DNA of 64,000 nt from Paludibacteraceae bacterium (GTDB lineage Bacteria > Bacteroidota > Bacteroidia > Bacteroidales > Paludibacteraceae). The stretch's first letter is position 1. Every line of letters starts with the position of its first letter. Shown here one piece after another: positions 1 to 7,245 of the stretch. The stretch is from the NCBI GenBank assembly GCA_024399655.1, contig JAKSNP010000006.1, positions 6,181 to 70,180 on the forward strand, in the 5' to 3' direction. The position numbers and the translations under genes were made by a program. The notes below the pieces were generated by a model that was not told the origin of the DNA, did not search any database, and was given only the letters and a program-made list of their open reading frames with translations.

Positions 1-636
1 CATCTTCAATTCTTTTTCGCCGATCAGATGTCGCACGGCAGGGGTGAACGGCAGGTTGAGACTGACCACATCGGCTTCTCGTAGCAACTGTTCCATGGTG
101 ACATAGGTCATTCCTTCATCGTTGGCGGCACGGTGGCGGTTATGGTAAATCACACGCATACCGTTGGCCAACGCCCGACGTGCTACGGCGTGACCAATAT
201 TTCCCAAACCTATGATTCCGAGTGTCTTGCCATAAAGTCCGTGACCCAAATTGCGCATCAATCCCCATTGGAAATCGTCGTAGCGGAGATTACGGTCAAA
301 TTCGGAAATCCGACGAGCAAGCGCCATCATCAGAGCCATACACAGTTCTGCGGTCGGCTCAATGACGGGGGTAGGGGTGTTGGTCACCAAAATACCGCGC
401 TGATGGCAATATTCCACATCGATATTGTCGTATCCAACACCGTATTGAGCGATGAGCTTGAGTGTCGGGAGAGTGTCGATCAACTCTCGAGTGACTTTCT
501 GGTAGAAAGAGGTAAACATCACCTCGGCATCGCGTATGGCATCAAGGGATTCGGCATCGTTGAAAATGACGATGTCGTGACCTTCAAGACGAGTGTACCA
601 ATCGTGCGGGAGTCTGTAATCGATAGCAATTTTCAT
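1..636 (-). CDS. D-isomer-specific 2-hydroxyacid dehydrogenase (NAD-binding); C-terminus cut by window edge
   Basis: Reverse translation from the ATG at 636 reads MKIAIDYRLPHDWY...GKTLGIIGLGNIGHAVARRALANGMRVIYHNR, with a GxGxxG Rossmann motif and a glycerate/hydroxypyruvate reductase-like layout. The frame is open to position 1. It is absent from the ORF track because there is no stop in the window. The listed + ORF 133..765 is its antisense shadow. Confidence 0.8.
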   Translation of the reverse strand, partial: MKIAIDYRLPHDWYTRLEGHDIVIFNDAESLDAIRDAEVMFTSFYQKVTRELIDTLPTLKLIAQYGVGYDNIDVEYCHQRGILVTNTPTPVIEPTAELCMALMMALARRISEFDRNLRYDDFQWGLMRNLGHGLYGKTLGIIGLGNIGHAVARRALANGMRVIYHNRHRAANDEGMTYVTMEQLLREADVVSLNLPFTPAVRHLIGEKELKM

Positions 637-689
637 TTTTATGGGGCGGGTGGATGGTATATGACATGCAAAATCCACCAATTCGCCGA

Positions 690-721
690 CAAAGTTACGA
701 ATAAAATCCGATATACGCAAG
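690..721 (-). promoter_or_regulatory. Bacteroidota-type promoter for the dehydrogenase gene
   Basis: On the minus strand: -7 TAACTTTG (690-697), -33 CTTG (718-721), exactly 20 nt between them. It lies about 55 nt upstream of the ATG at 636. Confidence 0.5.
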
Positions 722-767
722 CGCGTACGCGAAAAAATAAAAGATGTGCGTGTTTTTTATTTTAAAA

Positions 768-799
768 TTTGCATAAGTGAAAAAAAAGCAGTAACTTTG
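768..799 (+). promoter_or_regulatory. Bacteroidota-type promoter (-33 TTTGCAT / -7 TAACTTTG)
   Basis: TTTG at 768-771 and TAACTTTG at 792-799 with a 20-nt spacer. An A8 tract plus GCAG precedes the -7 element. This is the only consensus promoter upstream of the gene at 1047, which implies a leader of about 240 nt. Confidence 0.6.
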
Positions 800-894
800 C
801 AGGCTAATTGCAGAAAAGGCTCGAAAAGTGGGAACCGATGAATTCAGCGGTGGAAGTAAGAGCTTGACGGTCGAGCGGAGAACAAGGGCGAAGG

Positions 895-960
895 TATAGC
901 CATCCTATAGCCATCCTATAGCCGTCCTATACGGACCTTATACGGATCCTATACGGAAAT
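895..960. repeat. Six tandem 11-bp units (TATAGCCATCC x2, TATAGCCGTCC, TATACGGACCT, TATACGGATCC, TATACGGAAAT)
   Basis: Read directly. Units start at 895, 906, 917, 928, 939 and 950. Units 1-3 and 4-6 differ mainly in the central trinucleotide (GCC vs CGG). Confidence 0.9.
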
Positions 961-1046
961 GTGGTAATCCATCGGTCAGCCGTCTGCGAGAGATAAGGCA
1001 AAAAATGGAACAATTTCGCAAATAAAAGCATAAAAAACAAATATCC

Positions 1047-4000
1047 ATGAAAAATTACAAACTTTGGAATGCGGTCTGTGGCTGGGTGGTGTTCGCCATT
1101 GCAGCTGCGACTTACCTCCTTACCATCGAGCCCACAGCTTCGTTCTGGGACTGCGGCGAGTTCATCGCCAGCGCCGACAAGCTGGATGTGGGCCATCCGC
1201 CTGGAGCACCTTTCTTTATGTTGATGGGCCATTTCTTCTCGCTGTTTGCCAGCGATGCAAGTCATGTGGCCATGTGTGTGAACGCCATGTCGGCTTTGGC
1301 CAGCGCGTTCTGTATCCTTTTCCTTTTCTGGACCATTACCGCGCTTGGTCGCAAATTGGTGGTGCCCGATACGATAGGTAAGGGTATATCGTTGCTGGGT
1401 GCCGGTGCCGTAGGAGCTTTGGCCTATACCTTCTCCGATACTTTCTGGTTCTCGGCAGTGGAAGGCGAAGTGTATGCGTCATCTTCCATGTTTACGGCGG
1501 CCGTATTCTGGCTGATGCTGAAATGGGACGAACATGCAGACGAAGAGGGTAGTGACCGTTGGTTGATCCTGATCATGTATCTGATGGGTTTGAGCGTTGG
1601 TGTCCACTTGCTTAACCTGCTGACCATTCCCGCTATCGTGCTGGTATACTATTTCCGTCGCTATGAGTTCAGCTGGAAAGGCGTCATCCTCGCCTTTATC
1701 GCTTCGTGCGTCATCCTGGCTGTCATTCTCTACGGTATCATCCCCGGTATTCCTACCGTAATCGGCTGGTTCGAACTGCTGTTTGTCAATGTGTTCGGCT
1801 GTCCGTTCAATACGGGTATGGCGGTTTGTCTGGTGCTGATAGTGGCTCTGTTGGTGTTCGGTATTTGGTACACCTATAGACGTCTGCAGAAGCAATATTC
1901 GGAAAAAATGCGCTGGCTCAATACGGGTCTTTTGATGGTTACTGTCATCCTGATCGGATATTCGAGTTATGCCGTGCTGGTCATCCGCTCGAGTGCCGAT
2001 ACTCCGATGGACCAGAACTCGCCCGACAACGCATTCTCGCTGAAATATTACCTCAACCGCGAACAGTATGGTGACCGTCCCCTTTTCTTCGGTCAATATT
2101 ACAACGCTCCTGTCAAACTGGATGTGAAAGGCAATATTTGCATTCCCGTAGAAAAACAAGGTCATGCTCAATATGCACCTGCACCTTCGGTGGAAGGCGA
2201 AAAAGACCATTATGTGGTTACCGGTTACAAGACCAGTTATGTGTATATGGACGAATTCTGCACCTTCTTCCCCCGTATGTATTCTCCGCAGGAAATCCAC
2301 AAACAGGCTTACAAAGAATGGGCTGATGTACGCGGACGCCGTGTGAAATACGACTATTGCGGCCAGCAGAAAACCGACTATTGCCCGACATTTGCCGAGA
2401 ATATGCGCTTCTTCTTCCGCTATCAGGTGAACTTCATGTACTGGCGCTATTTCATGTGGAACTTCTCGGGACGTCAGAACGACTTGCAGTCGTATGGCGA
2501 CATTTCGAAGGGCAACTGGATAACCGGAATTCCTTTCCTCGACAATCATCGTTTGGGCGATCAATCGAAACTGCCTACCGTATTGCGCGAAAACAAAGGT
2601 CATAATGTGTATTACATGCTTCCCCTGATATTGGGTATCATAGGCATCGCATGGCAATGTTCCGTGAAACACAAGAAAGGCGAAGGCGTGAAAGCACAAT
2701 GGGTGAACGAAGGATGGCGCAGCTTCACGCTCACCTTCCTGTTGTTCTTCCTTACCGGTCTGGCTATCGTGCTCTACCTCAACCAAACTCCTATTCAGCC
2801 TCGTGAACGTGACTATGCTTATGCCGGTTCGTTCTACGCATTCTGTATTTGGATCGGTTTGGGCGTCATGGCACTTTATGATTGGATCAGCAACAAAATG
2901 AAAGACGAGCGCTTGAAGGCCGTTGTTGCCGGAGCAGTAACCCTTGTCTGCCTGCTGGTTCCCGCTCAAATGGCCAGCCAGAACTGGGATGACCACGACC
3001 GTTCCAACCGCTATTCGTGCCGCGACTTCGGAGCCAACTATCTGAAGAGTTGCGAGAAAGATGCTATCATCTTCTCCAACGGCGATAACGATACATTCCC
3101 CTTGTGGTACAATCAGGAAGTGGAAAGCGTAGGTTCCGACCTCCGTGTATGCAACTTGAGTTATCTGCAAACCGATTGGTATATATCGCAAATGAAACGC
3201 CCGTATTACGAAAGTTCGGCTCTGCCTATTTCGTGGGAATACAAGGACTATATGCCCGGAACCAACGAAGTCGTGTGGGTGGAAAACCGTATCGGACAAC
3301 CGTTGGAAGTGGGTACTGCCTTCGATTTCCTGCGCTCGGATGATCCTCGCACCAAACGCGACGGTGAAAACTATCTTCCTACCGACCGTATGTATATTAC
3401 CGGCGAAAACGGTGAACCGATGTATCTGAAACAGCAACGCCGCTATACCCGTTCGGAAATGATGGTGATGGAAATGCTGAGCAATATATCGAAAGAAGGC
3501 TGGAAACGTCCTATTTATTTCGCGTCAACCGTCGGTCATGATTATTACCTCGGTTTGGAGCCTTATTTCGAATGTACCGGTTTGGCCTATCGCGTCACTC
3601 CCGTTCGCAGTAAAGATGGGCGCGAACGCTACAACTCGGAAATCATGTATGATAACCTGATGCATAATTTCGTCTATGGCAATATGAATTATCCGGGTAT
3701 CTATATTGACGAGAACCTGATGCGTATGTGCGATACCCATCGTATGATGTTCATGTATCTTGCCGAAACGCTCATCAACGAACATAAGAACGACAGCGCT
3801 CGCGAAGTGTTGGATTATGCGGAAGTGGTTCTCCCCGAATGCAATGTTCCTTACGGCTATTCGTCATCGTCGATGTACACGGGACTGTCAATCGGCTCGA
3901 TGTATTATGTATTGGGCAACGAAGAAGATATCGCGAAGGGTAACCATATTATGCAGGTAATCGGCGACAATCTAGTGGAATACTTCGAATGGACCGATAC

Positions 4001-4151
4001 GCTTACCCGCGAACAACGCAGGTCGTTGAAACAGGGATTGCAACAGAATATAAGTCTCTTCGGCTATCTGCTGCAAAATCTGGAACGCTACGGCCAAAAA
4101 GAATTGTTTGACATGTATTATACTCGTTACATAGAATATGCAAGCAGATAA
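1047..4151 (+). CDS. DUF2723-type polytopic membrane protein (GT-C-like, TMEM260/PMT-like glycosyltransferase family)
   Basis: 1034-aa ORF. The N-terminus TIEPTASFWDCGEFIASADKLDVGHPPGAPFFMLMG followed by many hydrophobic segments is typical of the DUF2723 family. It has a large soluble C-terminal half. Confidence 0.75.
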   Translation: MKNYKLWNAVCGWVVFAIAAATYLLTIEPTASFWDCGEFIASADKLDVGHPPGAPFFMLMGHFFSLFASDASHVAMCVNAMSALASAFCILFLFWTITALGRKLVVPDTIGKGISLLGAGAVGALAYTFSDTFWFSAVEGEVYASSSMFTAAVFWLMLKWDEHADEEGSDRWLILIMYLMGLSVGVHLLNLLTIPAIVLVYYFRRYEFSWKGVILAFIASCVILAVILYGIIPGIPTVIGWFELLFVNVFGCPFNTGMAVCLVLIVALLVFGIWYTYRRLQKQYSEKMRWLNTGLLMVTVILIGYSSYAVLVIRSSADTPMDQNSPDNAFSLKYYLNREQYGDRPLFFGQYYNAPVKLDVKGNICIPVEKQGHAQYAPAPSVEGEKDHYVVTGYKTSYVYMDEFCTFFPRMYSPQEIHKQAYKEWADVRGRRVKYDYCGQQKTDYCPTFAENMRFFFRYQVNFMYWRYFMWNFSGRQNDLQSYGDISKGNWITGIPFLDNHRLGDQSKLPTVLRENKGHNVYYMLPLILGIIGIAWQCSVKHKKGEGVKAQWVNEGWRSFTLTFLLFFLTGLAIVLYLNQTPIQPRERDYAYAGSFYAFCIWIGLGVMALYDWISNKMKDERLKAVVAGAVTLVCLLVPAQMASQNWDDHDRSNRYSCRDFGANYLKSCEKDAIIFSNGDNDTFPLWYNQEVESVGSDLRVCNLSYLQTDWYISQMKRPYYESSALPISWEYKDYMPGTNEVVWVENRIGQPLEVGTAFDFLRSDDPRTKRDGENYLPTDRMYITGENGEPMYLKQQRRYTRSEMMVMEMLSNISKEGWKRPIYFASTVGHDYYLGLEPYFECTGLAYRVTPVRSKDGRERYNSEIMYDNLMHNFVYGNMNYPGIYIDENLMRMCDTHRMMFMYLAETLINEHKNDSAREVLDYAEVVLPECNVPYGYSSSSMYTGLSIGSMYYVLGNEEDIAKGNHIMQVIGDNLVEYFEWTDTLTREQRRSLKQGLQQNISLFGYLLQNLERYGQKELFDMYYTRYIEYASR

Positions 4152-5262
4152 TGTACCTGTATTGCTGTTGACCGGCTATCTGGGCAGCGGCAAAACAACT
4201 TTACTCAATCGGATCCTCGCCAATAAGGCGGGGATTCGTTTCGCAGTCATCGTGAATGACATAGGCGAAGTTAATATTGATGCCGCCCTCATCGAAAAGG
4301 GTGGTGTAGTGAATTCGAAAGACGACAATCTGATGTCACTGTCCAACGGATGCATTTGCTGCACCCTTAAGATGGATTTGGTGCAACAGTTGCACGACTT
4401 GTGCGCCGCACGCAAATACGATTATATCGTAATTGAAGCCAGCGGTATTTGCGAACCCGCACCTATCGCGCAAACTCTATGTTCGTATCGTCAGATGATA
4501 CCGTTCACCGAAGATCCCGCTCCTAAATTGGATTGCATAGTGAGCGTGTGCGATGCTCTCCGCCTGCGTGACGAATTTGCGGAAGGCCGTGATTTGCAAC
4601 GCAAAGATTTGGATGAGGACGATCTGGCCAGTCTGGTAATCCAACAAATTGAATTCTGCAATCTGGTATTGCTCAATAAAGCAGCTGAAGTGTCAGCCGA
4701 AGAATTGGACCGTATCACCACCATCATACGAGCTATCCAACCTCATGCGGAAATCATCCCCTGCAACTATGGAGATGTTCCTTTCGAGAAATTGCTCCAT
4801 ACCGGTCTGCTCGATTTCAACGAGGTGGCAGGAAGTGCAGCCTGGTTGGAGGGCGTAGAAGGCGATGTGGAGAACGAAGAGGAAGGTGAAGCTTATGAAT
4901 ACGGTATCGACACGTTCGTCTATTATCGTCGCCGTCCGTTCAATCTCGGTAGATTTGACGATTTCGTGGCCCGCCGTTGGCCTAAATCGGTAATCCGTTG
5001 CAAAGGCATGTGCTATTTCTCGGATGAATATGACATGTGCTATCTCTTCGAACAAGCAGGCCGTCAATTGGGAATCAAACAATGTGGCGAATTCTACGCT
5101 ACCATGCCCAAGGACGAATTGGAGGCAATGATGGCTCATGATCCGATGCTTCGTCGCGATTGGGATCCACAATATGGAGACCGTATGCAGAAACTGGTAT
5201 TCATCGGTCAAAATATGGATCAAGAGGCTATTACACAAGCTTTGGACGACTGCTTGGATTGA
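4138..5262 (+). CDS. COG0523 / CobW-family G3E GTPase (putative metal chaperone)
   Basis: P-loop GYLGSGKTTLLN, CxCC motif GCICCTL, and an acidic EGDVENEEEGEAYEYG linker before a CobW_C-like end. The start overlaps the upstream stop by 14 nt. Confidence 0.85.
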   Translation: MQADNVPVLLLTGYLGSGKTTLLNRILANKAGIRFAVIVNDIGEVNIDAALIEKGGVVNSKDDNLMSLSNGCICCTLKMDLVQQLHDLCAARKYDYIVIEASGICEPAPIAQTLCSYRQMIPFTEDPAPKLDCIVSVCDALRLRDEFAEGRDLQRKDLDEDDLASLVIQQIEFCNLVLLNKAAEVSAEELDRITTIIRAIQPHAEIIPCNYGDVPFEKLLHTGLLDFNEVAGSAAWLEGVEGDVENEEEGEAYEYGIDTFVYYRRRPFNLGRFDDFVARRWPKSVIRCKGMCYFSDEYDMCYLFEQAGRQLGIKQCGEFYATMPKDELEAMMAHDPMLRRDWDPQYGDRMQKLVFIGQNMDQEAITQALDDCLD

Positions 5263-5343
5263 GCTGAAGAAGCCTTGCGGACTAACTGAAAATTGTCCAA
5301 AAAAAACAAATATGCGATTTTTTTAATAAAAATCACAGAAAAA

Positions 5344-5375
5344 TTTGCATAAGTCAATAATTTGTTGTACCTTTG
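5344..5375 (+). promoter_or_regulatory. Bacteroidota-type promoter of the rimP-nusA-infB operon
   Basis: TTTGCAT at 5344-5350 and TACCTTTG at 5368-5375, 20-nt spacer. Confidence 0.6.
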
Positions 5376-5388
5376 CATGCGATTTGAA

Positions 5389-5414
5389 TGAGGGGACCCG
5401 AAAAGGTTCCCTCA
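5389..5414 (+). promoter_or_regulatory. Leader stem-loop in the rimP-nusA-infB 5' UTR
   Basis: TGAGGGGACCC-GAAAA-GGTTCCCTCA, a 9-10 bp stem with one mismatch and no following T-run. It sits about 48 nt before the rimP ATG. Confidence 0.4.
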
Positions 5415-5461
5415 ATTCGTACAAATTAAAGCAAGTTTTACCTCGGAAAACATAATCGACC

Positions 5462-5878
5462 ATGATTACGAAACAGCAAGTGGAAACCTTAGTAAACCGC
5501 TTCCTCAGCGAAACGGACTATGAGTTGCAAACCTTGGAAATTGACAAGGATATGAATATATTAGTGGAAGTGGACCGCTTGGGCATTGTGGATGTAGACT
5601 TCTGCGCAGATCTCAATCGCTTCCTGGTGGAGCAATTGGGTGACAAGGAAGATTACAGCTTGGAAGTGGGAAGCGTGAGCTTGACCGACCCCTTCAAAAC
5701 AAAAATCCAATATCAGAAGAATCTGGGGCATAATGTAGTTGTAACTGATATGGAGGACAAAAAACATAGCGGCCAATTGGTCAGCGTAGACGAAGACACC
5801 TTCACTATCGATGCCAAAGAAACGCTTACCTTCCGTTATGATGAGGTGAAACGAGTGATATACAACATCACATTCTAA
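5462..5878 (+). CDS. rimP: Ribosome maturation factor RimP
   Basis: 138 aa, immediately upstream of nusA-infB (conserved operon position). The sequence layout fits RimP (LEVGSVSLTDPFK...). Confidence 0.8.
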   Translation: MITKQQVETLVNRFLSETDYELQTLEIDKDMNILVEVDRLGIVDVDFCADLNRFLVEQLGDKEDYSLEVGSVSLTDPFKTKIQYQKNLGHNVVVTDMEDKKHSGQLVSVDEDTFTIDAKETLTFRYDEVKRVIYNITF

Positions 5879-5919
5879 TCAAGGAAATCACTAATCTCGA
5901 AAATTTAATACTTACATAA

Positions 5920-7176
5920 ATGGCAACTAAAGCACAAGAATCAATCAACTTGATTGACATTTTCAAAGAGTTCAAAGAACTGAAGAGCATTGACCGTCAA
6001 ACATTTATCAATGTGTTGGAGGATTCGTTCCGTAATGTAATCGCCAAAATGTACGGCACTGATGCCAACTATGATGTGATTATCAACCCCGATAAGGGCG
6101 ACTTGGAAATTTATCGTAACCGTCTGGTAATGGAAGATGGTGATGTGGCCAATCCCGATACTCAGATAGAGTTGAGCGAAGCCCTGAAAATCGATGACGA
6201 GGCTGAAATCGGAGAAGAGGTTACTGATAAAGTGGATTTCTCTTCATTCGGCCGTCGTATGATCCTTAACCTGCGCCAAACTCTGCAATCCAAAATCCTG
6301 GAACTGCAGAAAGAGAACCTGTATATCCGTTATTCGGAAATGTTGGGCCAAGTGGTAAGCGGTGAATTGTATCAAGTATGGAAAAAGGAAATGCTGCTGT
6401 TGGATGAGGATAATAATGAACTGTATCTTCCCAAACAGAACCAGATTCCAACCGACTATTATCGCAAAGGCGATACCGTTCGTGCCGTTGTCGTACAAGT
6501 GGATAACAAGAATCAAAATCCGAAAATCATTCTGAGCCGTACCAGTCCGTTGTTCCTGCAACGTCTGTTCGAACAGGAAGTTCCTGAAGTACATGACGGC
6601 TTGATCAGCATCAAGAATATCGCCCGTATCCCCGGCGAACGCGCCAAAGTGGCTGTCGAAAGTTTTGACGAACGAATCGACCCCGTAGGTGCTTGCGTAG
6701 GTATCAAAGGCGCTCGTATCCATGGTATCGTACGCGAATTGCGTAACGAGAATATCGATGTGATCAACTATACATCGAATACCAATCTCTATATCCAACG
6801 TGCTCTCGCTCCTGCCAAAATCAGTTCGATGAATATCTTCGAAGAAGAAAAGAGAGCGGAAGTCTATCTGAAACCCGATGAGGTCAGTCTGGCTATCGGT
6901 AAGGGCGGCTTCAATATCAAACTCGCATCGATGCTGACCGGTTATCAGATTGATGTATATCGTGAGATGGACGATCAGGATGTGGAAGATATCTATTTGG
7001 ACGAATTCAACGACGAAATCGATCAATGGGTATTGGATACTTTCAAAAATATGGGCTTGGATACCGCTAAGGCAGTATTGGGAACCCCGAAAGATGAACT
7101 GCTAAAAGGAACTGACCTCGAGGAAGAAACCATCGATCGTGTACTGGAAATCCTCAAATCCGAATTCGAAGACTAA
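5920..7176 (+). CDS. nusA: Transcription termination/antitermination factor NusA
   Basis: 418 aa. S1 and KH regions (RIDPVGACVGIKGARI, LAIGKGGFNIKLAS) and an rimP-nusA-infB context. Confidence 0.95.
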   Translation: MATKAQESINLIDIFKEFKELKSIDRQTFINVLEDSFRNVIAKMYGTDANYDVIINPDKGDLEIYRNRLVMEDGDVANPDTQIELSEALKIDDEAEIGEEVTDKVDFSSFGRRMILNLRQTLQSKILELQKENLYIRYSEMLGQVVSGELYQVWKKEMLLLDEDNNELYLPKQNQIPTDYYRKGDTVRAVVVQVDNKNQNPKIILSRTSPLFLQRLFEQEVPEVHDGLISIKNIARIPGERAKVAVESFDERIDPVGACVGIKGARIHGIVRELRNENIDVINYTSNTNLYIQRALAPAKISSMNIFEEEKRAEVYLKPDEVSLAIGKGGFNIKLASMLTGYQIDVYREMDDQDVEDIYLDEFNDEIDQWVLDTFKNMGLDTAKAVLGTPKDELLKGTDLEEETIDRVLEILKSEFED

Positions 7177-7245
7177 TCAACATAAATTTTCCTCTGCAAG
7201 TATAATCAAAAATCAGAATCTTCGTGATTCGCAAATCTCAAAGTT

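Noticed and set aside
133-765. 210-aa plus-strand ORF at the window start
   Set aside because: It is the antisense shadow of a clearly recognisable minus-strand 2-hydroxyacid dehydrogenase (GxGxxG motif, ATG at 636). Its translation has no recognisable features.
895-960. Tandem repeats as a possible CRISPR array (also 32328-32382, 51891-51965, 59243-59301)
   Set aside because: The units are 11-28 bp and directly abutting with no unique spacers. No cas genes are in the window. They are simple tandem repeats.
1479-3437. 652-aa minus-strand ORF inside the DUF2723 gene
   Set aside because: It is a long antisense ORF with odd composition (His/Val/Ile/Arg-rich, no motifs). The plus-strand frame encodes a coherent polytopic membrane protein.
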